From Mobula hypostoma (taxonomy: Eukaryota), in NCBI RefSeq assembly GCF_963921235.1, contig NC_086109.1, positions 14,696,001 through 14,760,000 on the forward strand: a DNA stretch of 64,000 nucleotides. Reading direction: 5' to 3'. Below are positions 12,389 to 23,331 of this stretch, piece by piece. The translations under genes and the position numbers were made by a program. A model generated the notes under the pieces. The model had not been told where the DNA came from. It worked only from the letters and a program-made list of their open reading frames with translations, and did not search any database. Every line of letters begins with the position of its first letter. Positions within the stretch are counted from its first letter, which is position 1.

Positions 12389-13242
12389 TTAACCTTTAGT
12401 CTTTAATCCTCAAACCGCAATTTCTCAAGGAAACTAAATACCAAGGTAGTTCAAGAACTAGACAACTTACAAAATAAATTCATTTTGTAATTACTGAAGT
12501 GATTTTGTTAATTTTGCATCTTTTCCTCCTCCAGAAATTTCGCTTTGCATTGTTGAACTCTATTCTAATATGATGGTTATTATATTCATGGTAATCTCAA
12601 TGAAACAGTTACAGCCAGCAGCCCCAGAGGATGGAGACCAAGACACGCTATCCAAACTGCCTGAGGGACAGAAGACAGTATTAATATAGCATTTCAAGAT
12701 CTCACTGCAATTACACAGACTGGTTTCATCGAGATGGATTATTTTCCATTTTAATGAAGCTACATAAAAACAATATCAATTGCAGATATCATATGTCTAT
12801 TTCAATGAGTCGCCGTCTTACATTCCTGTCAAGCTCTTTCTATTATTCTTGCAATGGAAGACAGGGATAGAGGGAGAAGGGCTATTCCATTTGCAATTTG
12901 ACATTTCATCTCCTGTCATGGCCTGAAGCTGACTGTAAGAGACTTCAGTAATTGCTGTGAGCCTATTGTTCGACTCCATCTACTGGTTGAACAGTGACAA
13001 GGAATTAAATGTCTCTGAACACAAAAGCATATGGTAAAACCCAACGAACTGTGAATATTGCTTCACTCAATTTCTTGATGCACTAAATGAAGCCATTATA
13101 ATAACTATGAATTAGCAGGCATTGCAAATATTCTACATAGGGAAATTCCATGGTAGGCGAAGAGCTCTGGTATTTCTTTGAAAAGCAAACCAAAAACTAC
13201 AGGTGTGGAAATTTGAGATATCGATAAAAGATTTCTTAGAGA

Positions 13243-13380
13243 CAGTTCTGAGGAAGTGTCACGGCCCAAAACATCGACTATTCACTCTTTTCCATAGATG
13301 CTGCCTGGCCTGCTGAGTTTCTCCAACATTTTATGTGTGTTGCTCTGGATTGCTGGTGCCTGCAGATTTTCTGGTGTTCT
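13243..13380 (+). mobile_element. Isolated Penelope-like terminus beginning at the hammerhead motif
   Basis: AGTT-CTGAGGA..CCC-AAAA-CATC-GACT then GATGCTGCCTGGCCTGCTGAGT. Confidence 0.75.
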
Positions 13381-13444
13381 GGAGATTAGCTTTATTTGTC
13401 ACGTGTACATCAAAACGTTCATTGAAATGTGCCATGTAATAACA

Positions 13445-13761
13445 AAATTAAAAATTAGGCATCCGTTAGTCTCGTAAGACCATGGATTTGCACCTTGGAA
13501 GATTTCCAGGCGCAGGCCTCGGCAAGGTTGTATGGAAGACCAGCAGTTGCCCATGCTGCAAGTCTCCCCTCTCCACGCCACCGATGTTGCCCAAGGGAAG
13601 GGCAGTAGGACCCATACAGCTTGGGACCGGTGTTGTCACAGAGCAATGTGTGGTTAAGTGCCTTGCTCAAGGACACAACACGCTGCCTCAGCTGAGGCTC
13701 GAACTAACGACCTTCAAATCACCAGACCGACGCCTTAACCACTTGGCCACGCGCCAACACA
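13445..13761 (-). mobile_element. tRNA-derived CORE-type SINE with RTE-like tail
   Basis: Reverse strand: A box TGGCCAAGTGG, B box GTTCGAGCC, CORE-like TGTGTCCTTGAGCAAGGCACTTAACC; 11-bp TSD ATGTAATAACA (13434-13444 / 13762-13772). Confidence 0.85.
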
Positions 13762-14299
13762 ATGTAATAACAGAAATGCTGCAAACACTCAGCAGTCTGC
13801 ATGAGGAACTCAGTGGGCCGAGCGGCTTCGGTGGGAGGAAAGAACTGTCGATATTTTGACTCAAAATGTTGACAATTCCTTTCCTCTCACAGATGCTGCT
13901 CGACCCGCTGCATCCTTCCCACAGGTTGATCATTGCATCTGCATACTTCTGACTCACCGCTGGAAACACTTGGCAGTTTAATGCGGCAACATGAAGCTGA
14001 TCATGCTTCCTTTCCAGTGCTGTAACAGGGCTCAGGGACATGCACAGCAGACTAGCCTACATTAACGGAGAGAGACACACAAAGGAACGGTACAGCTCCG
14101 GGGCAGACTCTTCAGCCCGTGATGTGTGACACCCATCTTATCAAATGAAACTCATCCATCTGCCTGTACATCCAGGGTCCCCCACCTTTTCAATGCCATG
14201 GACCCTTCCCAGTCAATGAGGGGTTCATGGACCATTCATAAATCTGGTGGCGAAGGGGAAGAACCTGTGTACATAAACCAGCTCCATCCCGGGCACCAG

Positions 14300-15507
14300 C
14301 CACCCCAGGATCAAGGCTACCTTCAAAAGCCAATTCCTCAAAAAAGCATCATTCAGGACCCCCACCACCCCAATGTACTCTCTTCTTAATAACACCTTCA
14401 GAAAGGAGGTACAGAACCCTAAAGACACACGCTCAATATTTTAGGAACAGCTTCTTCCCGTCCGCTATCAGATTTATGAATGGACAATGAACCTACAGAT
14501 ACCACCTCACTATTTTTGCACTACTTATTTAATTTAACTTTATACTTGTTTCTTATTGTAATGTATAGTATTTTTATGTAATGCACTGTATAGCAGCCAT
14601 CAGGTTTCATGACATGCATCAGTGATATTAAACCCATTTCTGACTCCCTCCTTCCCCTGCATATTCACAGATCTATCTAAAAGCCTCTGAAATGCCTTCT
14701 TGTACCAGCTAGCACCACTGCTGGCAGCACAGTCTGGGCACCCACAAATCTCTGTGTAAAAAAAAAATGCACCACACATCTCCCTTAAAATTTTCCACTG
14801 CTCGCTCTAGCTAAAGAGCAAAAATCACAGATGGATGACAGGCAGAATTGACCGGTCCTGAGATAGACTAAAATTGCAGAAGTCGATATTGGGTCCTGCA
14901 GGCGGTGACAAGCTGGACAGAGGGAAGTGTTGCTCCTCGAGTTTGTATCCGATCTTGTAACAGTGCAGGAGGTTATAGATGGATAGAACAAGCTGGTTAA
15001 TTAAAGTGACAGACAGCAGGAATCTCAGGGTCACCCATAGTTGGGGCAATTCAAACGCAGAGGAAGACAAGAAGTTCAGAGAGTAGTGAACTCAGCCCAA
15101 TGCATCACAGTCAGACCCCTCCCTAACCATTTGTGATATCTACATGAGACATTGCCTCAAGAGAGCAACATCTATCCTCTAAGATTTCCACCCTCCGGGC
15201 CATGCCAAATTCTAGCAGCTGCCCTCGGGCAGGAGGTGCAAAAGCCTGCGGTCCCACACCACCAGGCTCACAAAGAACTACTTCCCTTCAACCATGCTGT
15301 TCTTCAACCAACCACAACCCATAATCACAACAGTACAGAAAAACTACGACCACTTTGATCACTTGGCACTACAACGCTTTGTTTTGTTTTTGCTCCAACT
15401 GTGTTCCACTTGTAAAAATTATGTATAATCTATGCATTCTTGTGAATGTTGCTTATCTGATGCTATGTGTCTGTGGTATTGCTGCCAGCAAGTCCTGTGT
15501 ATACCTG
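14300..15507. mobile_element. Cluster of old Rex1/Babar (+), CR1 (-) and Penelope-like (-) fragments
   Basis: SIIQDPHHP and NSFFPSAIR motifs; LEEQHFP (14825..15070 -) matches the Penelope-like GIY-YIG C-terminus. Confidence 0.6.
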
Positions 15508-15515
15508 TACTAGAC

Positions 15516-16583
15516 CAGGGGCTCCCAACCTTTTTTATGTCATGGACCAATATCAGAATCAGGTTTATTATCACCAGCATGTGTTGTGAAATTTATTAAT
15601 TTAGCAGCAGCAGCAGTTCAATGCAATACATAATATAGAAGAGAAAATACATAAAATAATAAATAAATTACAGTATACATATATTGAATAGATTAAAAAT
15701 CGAGCAAAAAAGAACATATATTAAAAATGTGAGGTGGTGTTCACGGGTTCAATGTCCATTGAGGAATCGAATGGCAGAGGGGAAGAAGCTGTTCCTGAAT
15801 TGCTGAGTGTGTGCTTCAGGCTTCTGTATCTTCTACCTGATAGTAACAGTGAGAAAAGGGCATGCCCTGGGTGCTGGAGGTCCTTAATAATGAAGACTAC
15901 GTTTCCGAGACACCGCTCCTTGAAGGTGTCCTCGGTACTTTGTAGGCTAGTACCCAAGATGGAGCCAACTAAATTTACAACCCTCTGCAGCTTCTTTCGG
16001 TCCTGTGCAGTAGCACCCCACCCCCATACCAGACAATGATGCAGCCTGTCAGAATGCTCTCCATGGTTCATCTATAGAAAATTTTGAGTGTTTTTGTTGA
16101 CATACCAAAGTAGTTCAGACTACTAATGAAGTATAGTCGCTGTCTTGCCTTCTTTATAACTGCATCAATATGTTGGGACCAGGTTAGATCCTCAGAGATC
16201 TTGACACCCAGGAATTTGAAACTGCTCACTCTCTTCACTTCTGATCCCTCTATGAGGATTGTTATGTGTTCCTTCATCTTACCTTTCCTGAAATCCACAA
16301 TCAGCTTTTTCGTCTTACTGACATTGAGTGCCAGGTTGTTGCTGCAGCACCACTCCACTAGTTGGCATATCTCACTCCTGTACGCCCTCTTGTCTCCATC
16401 TAAGATTCTACCAACAATGGTTGTATCATCAGCAAATTTTTAGATGGTATTTGAGCTATGCCTAGCCATGGGTAGAGTAGAGCAGTGGGCTAAGCACACA
16501 CCCCTGAGGTGTGCCAGTGTTGATAGTCAGCGAGGAGGAGATATTAAGCAAGGGGTCTACGGATCCCAACATGGGAACCCCTG
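15516..16583. mobile_element. 80-bp hAT MITE expanded to 1068 bp by a nested Rex1/Babar fragment
   Basis: CAGGGGCTCCCAA...TGGGAACCCCTG with a perfect 8-bp TSD TACTAGAC (15508-15515 / 16584-16591). Confidence 0.9.
15552..16543 (-). mobile_element. Rex1/Babar LINE 3' fragment (RT end to tail)
   Basis: TGTPQGCVLSPLL, KFADDTT, EWCCSNNLALNVSKTK and RQRLYFI motifs on the reverse strand. Confidence 0.9.
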
Positions 16584-18384
16584 TACTAGACAATAAACTC
16601 TACTTGGCTCCTGCAGACTGAGTGCACGTACACTGCAAAGTGATCACCCAATCTGTGTCCGGTTTCCCCAACGAAGAGGAGACCACACTGTGAACACTGA
16701 AAGCAGTTGTCGAGACTGGAAGGAATACAAGAAGATCACTGCATCGCTCTGAAAGGGATTGACAGGAATATAAGATCTGGGCTCTGTGAAATACTCATAC
16801 AGCATTCCTGTCTGTAAGGAGTTTACACGTTCTTCCCATCCAGTTTCCTCTGGGTGCCCTGGTTTCCTCCCACATTCCAAAGACGTACAGGTCAAGGTTG
16901 GCAACTTGCGGGCACGCTCTGTTGGCACCGGAAGCAGGGCAGCACTTATGGGCTGCCCACAACATATCCGAAGGGGATATGTTGCCAAGTCCTCCCGTTG
17001 CCTAGGAGGATGCCATAAAACAGGCAATAGTTGGCTGGGAATGGAAGAGTGGATTCATGAGGTCAGGTTTTCACAAAGGAAGTGACCCCTTCCAAGTTGT
17101 GAAACTGGAACGGACGAGAACACATATCTGATGGTGGAGTCCCATTGAAACTAGCAGAAGCTGCAACGGATGATCTGTTGAATGAAACAGATCTACTTTG
17201 GCACCGAAAGCGTGCGACACATGTAGATGGCCCAGCACAATCCTCACTGATTTGATTTGATGCAAACAATGCATTTACACGTGACAAATAAAGCTAATCT
17301 TTACCTTATTTAGTTTGGAGTTAGGAGGGCACCCGACAGCAATCACCAAAGCTGGGCCCGTGTTAGTCCGGATACAACCTACACCCGGATAAATGTACCA
17401 ACGCTAGCCATTCGCACTGAGGAGCGCAGAGCCCGGAGTTTCTGCCTTCATCTCTCCTCTCTGTAGGAATATAGACAGGCTGGGGAGACGCAGGGGAAGA
17501 AAGCCTGTCACCGAGCTGAGCTGGAATGAAAAACTGTAGGAATATGGATGAAGGTGTGGAAACACACAATCTGCTCTCTTCCTTTCCAGACCTAGTGAAA
17601 GGTCCAAAAAGTTTTGACTGTTTATTTCCCTCCATGGATGCCGCCTAACCTCCTGAGTTCCTCCAGCATTTTGTGTGTGTTGCCAACAATACTTTTTTTC
17701 TCCTTTACAATCGTGTACCGAAGAAATAAACGATCTTGAATCACAAATCTTGAAAATTCTGGATGCAACATCAACCTTTTTTTTAAAAAAAGAATAAGAA
17801 ACTTAAGGGACAGAGGCAATAAATGATGAGTTTAAAATAATGACATGAAGTAAATCAGAATGACCTGCATATAAAGGATTTGTGAACATTGAAGAGACAA
17901 GGAAGGTAAAAAGGTGCATTGTGAAGGGACTGGATGAATTGGGCATTGTTTTCAACACATTGGCAATGCGTGACAGAACCCCTGAGCTGCCAACACAGAA
18001 ATGAAGCCACTGGCTCATGTATCTGTGACTGGCTGTTTTCTGGAGCAATCCTTAACACATTAAACTGCCTTGCCCGCTCCCTACTGCCCAGTATCGTTCT
18101 CAGCTTTGTATTATATCAACACTTCCTCTGAAAGCTGCAATTGTCTTCATCTCAATTACTCCCCGAGGCAAAACACTTCATGTTTGAACAACCATCTGTG
18201 AAAAGAAATCTCTCCTAACCTCGCGGCTGCCTCCCCTCAGAATTTTTAAAAACATTTTTAAGTCTCCTGCTCCCTCAATATTATCACTCCCTGGAGGGAA
18301 GAACCTCTTGCTATCCGCTATAAGAATCTCCTCAAAATTAAAAACTCTATTAATATGAACAGAGCTGCTGTTATATGGGCCCAA

Positions 18385-19130
18385 AGATTAAAGATCAAAA
18401 TTAGCTTTATTTTGCATCTGTCCATTGAAACATCGAAAGATCCAGTGAAATGCATCTTTTGTGTCAACAACCAACACTGTTCGAGGATGTGCTAGGGGTA
18501 GCCCGAAAGTGTCACCATGCGTCTAATGCCAACATAGCATTGCCAACAACTTACTAAGCTCAACCCAAACGTCTTTGGAATGTGGGAGGAAACTAGAGCA
18601 CCCAGGCAGTCACAAGCTCCCTTACAGGCAATAGTGGGAATTGAATCCCAATCTCGGGATACTTCAAAGTTTTTTGCAAGCAGTAAAGCTTTTCTTTGTT
18701 GTAATGCAGAAAATGCACCCGATATTTTGTGCACAGCCTGGTAATAAACACAGAGAGTTTTCAGTTATGAGGAAGCCATCCACAACTGCTCTGGAAACTC
18801 CAGAAATGAAAGGTATAAAGATAATTGGGTCAGCAGCTTGGCACGGCTGGTAGAGTTGCTGTCTCACAGCTCCAAGTGCCTCAGATTCAATCCCCACCTC
18901 GAATTTGCACACCATTCTCCCTTTGGCCACATTTTCTTCCTGCTTTCCTAAAGACCTGCAGACCCACCACTGAAAGTTGCCCCCTGGTAGGTAGGTAAGT
19001 GGTAGAATCTGGAGAGGATTGACGAGAACGTAGAGAGACTAAAACAAAATTCATGCATGTGGGCACTTGCTAGCCCCTGCTAGCCCCTGCAGACTTCTTG
19101 GGCCAAAGGGCATGTTTCCATGTAGCACCA
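18385..19130. mobile_element. Two decayed HE1-like SINEs (18385-18660 minus; 18835-19130 plus)
   Basis: CTTTGGAATGTGGGAGGAAAC block; TTGCTGTCTCACAGCTCCA...TTCAATCCC head. Confidence 0.6.
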
Positions 19131-19671
19131 CTGTGTAAGGTTAATCGCCAAGGAGCTCAGGGTGGAAAATCGATGAAAAATGTAAAGACTGTATTCTTTC
19201 AATGCTGAGATTCTGAGATTATATCAGTGGTTTCTGAGAAAGGATGTAAACTATTGCAACAGCTTAGACTCACCACATTCAGGGTATTAGGAAGCTGCTG
19301 ATATTCCAGGGTGCCGAACCATGAGAAATGAGTCTTTGGAACCCAGATTCAGATTTATCTATCGCACGTACATTGAACCATACAGTGAACAGTGGCGTTT
19401 GCGTTAACAACCAACACAACTGAAGGATGTGCTGGGGACAGCCTGCAAGAGTGGCCACACATTCTGTTGCCAACATAAAATGCCCACAATGTTCAGCACA
19501 GCAACACAGGCAACAATAATAGCAGCAATAAAACAACATATATATATATATTATATATATTAGGGAGAGAATAACCCATGCAAAAGCACTCTGGAACTCT
19601 CAATCTACTGCCCTTTATTTGTCTATCTGCACCGCAGCTTCTCACTATAACATTACATTTTACATTCTGTT

Positions 19672-20255
19672 AGACCATAAGGCTATAAGATATAGAAGTA
19701 GAATTAGGCCATTTGGCCCATCGAGTCTGCTCCACCATTTCATCATGGCTGAACCAATTTTCCTCTCAGACCCAACCTCCTGCCTTCTCCCCGTATCCCT
19801 TCATGCCCTGACCAATCAAGAATCTATCAGCCTCTGCCTTAAATATACATAAGACTTGGCCTCCATAGCTGCCTGAGGCAAAGAATTCCACAGATTCACC
19901 AGTCTCTGGCGAAAGAAATTCTTCCTCATCACCACTTTGAAAGGACACCCATATATTCTGAGGCTGTGTCCTCTGGTCTTAGACTCTGCCACCAGAGAAA
20001 ACATCCTCTCTACATCCACTCTATCAAAGCCTTTCACCATTTGATAGGTTTCAACGAGCTCAGCCCTCATTCTTCTGAATTTCCAGTGAATACAGGCCCA
20101 GTGCCATCAAATGCTCTTCATAGGACAAGCCGTTCAGTCCTGAAATCATTTTCGTTAACCTCCCTTTAACATTCTCCAGTTTCAGCACATCCTTTTTAAG
20201 AGGCCCAAACCTGCTCACAATACTCCGTGAGGCCTCAAAAGTGCTTTATAAAGTT
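19672..20255 (-). mobile_element. CR1 3' fragment
   Basis: ORF 19816..20070 MRAELVETYQMVKGFDRVD..KNFFRQRLVNLWNSLP. Confidence 0.9.
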
Positions 20256-20299
20256 ATAAAGTGTTATTATACTTCCGCTTGTACTATCGTGATTGTGCA

Positions 20300-20685
20300 A
20301 ATCAAGTAGTACAAAAAATGGTCGCTAGCCTCCCTAGCATCGATTACATCTTCGAAATACGATACGTTAAAAAGGTGGCATCCATCATTAAGGACCCCCG
20401 ACAGCCAGGACATGCCCTCCTCTCATTACTACCATCAGGGAAGAGGTACAGAAACTTGAAAACACACTCAACATTTTAGTAACAGCTTCTTCCCTTCCGC
20501 CATCAGATTTCTGAAAGGTTCACGAACACTGCCTCACTATTTTGCTTTTTGCACCATTTATTTATACTTTTCATGTATTTCTTAGTGTCACATATAGTTT
20601 TAGGTCTTGCTCTGTACTGCTGCCACGAAACAAGAAATTTCATGACATATGTCAGAGATGATAAACCTGATTCTAATTCTGTATG
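20300..20685 (+). mobile_element. Rex1/Babar 3' fragment
   Basis: ASIIKDPRQPGHALLSLLPSGKRYR and tail AAACCTGATTCT. Confidence 0.85.
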
Positions 20686-20759
20686 GAATGATCTGAATGG
20701 CAGATGAACAAAAACTTTTCACTGTATCGCCGAGCGTGTGACAATATTACACCAATGAG

Positions 20760-21524
20760 GCAAACAACAGGAATTCTGCAGATGCTGGAAACTCAAGCAA
20801 CAGGTGAGGCAACACTTCACCTGTGAGTCGGCTGGGGTGATATACTGCATCCGGTGCTCCCGATGTGGCCTTTTATATATTGGCGAGACCCGACGCAGAC
20901 TGGGAGACCGCTTTGCTGAACACCTACGCTCTGTCCGCCAGAGAAAGCAGGATCTCCCAGTGGCTGCACATTTTAATTCCACATCCCATTCCCATTCTGA
21001 CATGTCTATCCACGGTCTCCTCTACTGTAAAGATGAAGCCACACTCAGGTTGGAGGAACAACACCTTATATTCCGTCTGGGTAGCCTCCAAGCTGATGGC
21101 ATGAACATTGACTTCTCTAACTTCTGCTAATGCCCCACCTCCCCCTCATACCCCATCCGTTACTTATTTTTATACACACATTCTTTCTCTCACTCTCCTT
21201 TTTCTCCCTCTGTCCCTCTGAATATACCCCTTGCCCATCCTCTGGGTCCCCCCCCCCCTTGTCTTTCTTCCCGGACCTCCTGTCCCATGATCCTCTCATA
21301 TCCCTTTTGCCAATCACCTGTCCAGCTCTTGGCTCCATCCCTCCCCCTCCTGTCTTCTCCTATCATTTTGGATCTCCCCCTCCCCCCCTCCAACTTTCAA
21401 ATTCCTTACTCACTCTTCCTTCAGTTAGTCCTGACGAAGGGTCTCGGCCTGAAACGTCGACTGCACCTCTTCCTAGAGATGCTGCCTGGCCTACTGCGTT
21501 CACCAGCAACTTTTATGTGTGTTG
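20760..21524 (+). mobile_element. Young Penelope-like element: intact GIY-YIG domain (20804-21130), 3' UTR, inverted terminal tail at the 5' end
   Basis: GVIYCIRCSRCGLLYIGETRRRLGDRFAEH..VAAHFN..LEEQHLIFRLGSLQADGMN; TSD CACCAATGAG (20750-20759 / 21525-21534). Confidence 0.92.
21427..21462 (+). ncRNA. Minimal type I hammerhead ribozyme motif (best-preserved copy)
   Basis: AGTC-CTGACGA-AGG-gtctcgg-CCT-GAAA-CG-TC-GACT: stem I AGTC/GACT, complete core, palindromic ACGT stem III, GUC cleavage triplet. Confidence 0.8.
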
Positions 21525-21769
21525 CACCAATGAGCAAAGGCTGGGCCATGTGACTTGGGTACCGCTGGAAGGACCAGCATTCATTGCCCATCCCACTTTG
21601 CCATTGGGGGGCAGCACTGAGCTGCCTTCTTGAACCACTGCGGTCCTCCCGGTGGAGTTGCTCCCCTACTGTTGTCGTGGAGTAAGATTCAGTATTTAGA
21701 CTAAGCAGTGATTGAAGGAAGAAGATTATATTTCCAAGTCAGGATGGTCTGTGTCTCAGTGAGTGCCAA

Positions 21770-22080
21770 TCTCACTTCTGAGCGTGGGTTGCAATTCCAG
21801 GGACACGAACAAAAAGCGCAGAGATGCTATGTCCAGGAAACAACATTAAATCTAGGCTCTGTCTGCTCTTAAGGCAGTCATAAAAGATTCCATAATACAA
21901 TTATACAGAAAAGCAAAGGAATTATCCCACTAACTAGTAATTTTCTTCTATCAAACACCTAAAATTAAACCGTCTGGTCATTACTACAGATGCAGTTTCT
22001 TGGAGCTTGATGTGCATGATCTAGCAGCCCCATTTCTGACATTCCCAAAGCCAATTATACCTCATCAGCAGTGGAATATG
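21770..22080 (+). mobile_element. Ancient Deu-domain SINE remnant
   Basis: TAAAAGATTCCATAATAC...TCTGGTCATTACTACA..TTGGAGCTTGATGTGCA resembles the DeuSINE core. Confidence 0.55.
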
Positions 22081-23331
22081 TGTGATGGGTAGTATGTTAC
22101 TCTGTATGTGTCTTGGTGTGATTCCACATTGTGCATACGCTCCCGTGTCGGATTACACATGCGTGTACGCCTTTGCTCCTGTGCGTGTGTGGCCAGTCCA
22201 AGTGTGGGAAATTGTCAATGTTGTGTCCAAGCATAACAAGAATAGAAAGTTCCAGATGTGTTGACTACATAAACAGAGTGTGTGTCAGTCATTCCACCTA
22301 CATTTCACCAACAGCAGTATATCAAATCATTATATCTGCATTGTAAATCATACGCTGCACCCCTGTGGTTTAAGACAGGAATTAGACTCACAGATCTGAA
22401 TCAGTCTTCATTTTAATGTGACACATTAGGTCATTACTGTTTTGCTTGTGTGCCTGTGTCTGAGAGAAAAAGACGCAGATAGACAGATGGTAACTGAGAG
22501 AGACTGAGGAAGAGGCAGAAAGACAGGGACAGAGGAGTGACAGAGAGAGGGGGGGAGGGGGAGATTGATTGATTTTGTGTGCCTGTGAGTGAAAGAGACA
22601 CACACACAGACAGACAGGAACAGAGAAGGACAGAGAGACAGACAGACAGAGACGGAGAGAGAGTAAGGAAACAAGATCCTTAAGTACAGTTGAACTGGAT
22701 GTAAATAAGCAAATGCAACAGAAAAATAAAAGGTCACACAATAGAAGAAATTCAAAGTGAAAGGAAATATTATGCTAACAATGACCATACAAAGAATGAA
22801 GGGAAAGGATAAATATCTATAGGCTCCTCGAAAGATTCACTCAAGCAGAATTGAGCAGTGCCAAATGTTTATCACAGATCTGATGCAAACTCTAGTGCCT
22901 GTACTTCACCCACTATGACCTAGGTAACAAAGGTCTCTAATCACTGCCTAGACATTTAATCACACTTTATCTAAAAGCAGCAGAGGATGCCACAGTTACA
23001 GAAACAAATACACTTGTTATTAAACAGAAACTGATAAAGTGAACATCTGACAATGAACCACGAGAGCAGCCCTTGCCCATGAACTTCAACAAAGCGTGGC
23101 ACTGACGCAAAGTAAACTTTTGCCTGGAACACTGTTCTCAAAGACTCAGTGAAATCTTCGTGAACCCCCCTTGAAACTCTATTGTACGTTGAGTTAAATA
23201 TTTGCCCCAGTCGGATCTTACAATGTGAAGTTCAAAAGGGTGAAAGAGTGTGGTCCCATCTGGCAGAGTTCACTGTAAGTAGCCCTGAGGTACTGCGACG
23301 TTTCACTTCACAGCAGAGTGGCAGATTCGGG

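Noticed and set aside
12512..12600. Plus-strand acceptor TTTTCCTCCTCCAG as a coding exon
   Set aside because: Two frames stop quickly and the only nearby donor is weak
17445..17560. Plus-strand acceptor CTCTCCTCTCTGTAG as a coding exon
   Set aside because: All three frames reach a stop before any convincing donor
21130..21633. Repeated MPHLP... ORF (also 54172 and 59324-59623)
   Set aside because: Pyrimidine-rich Penelope-like 3' UTR; indels shift the frame between copies
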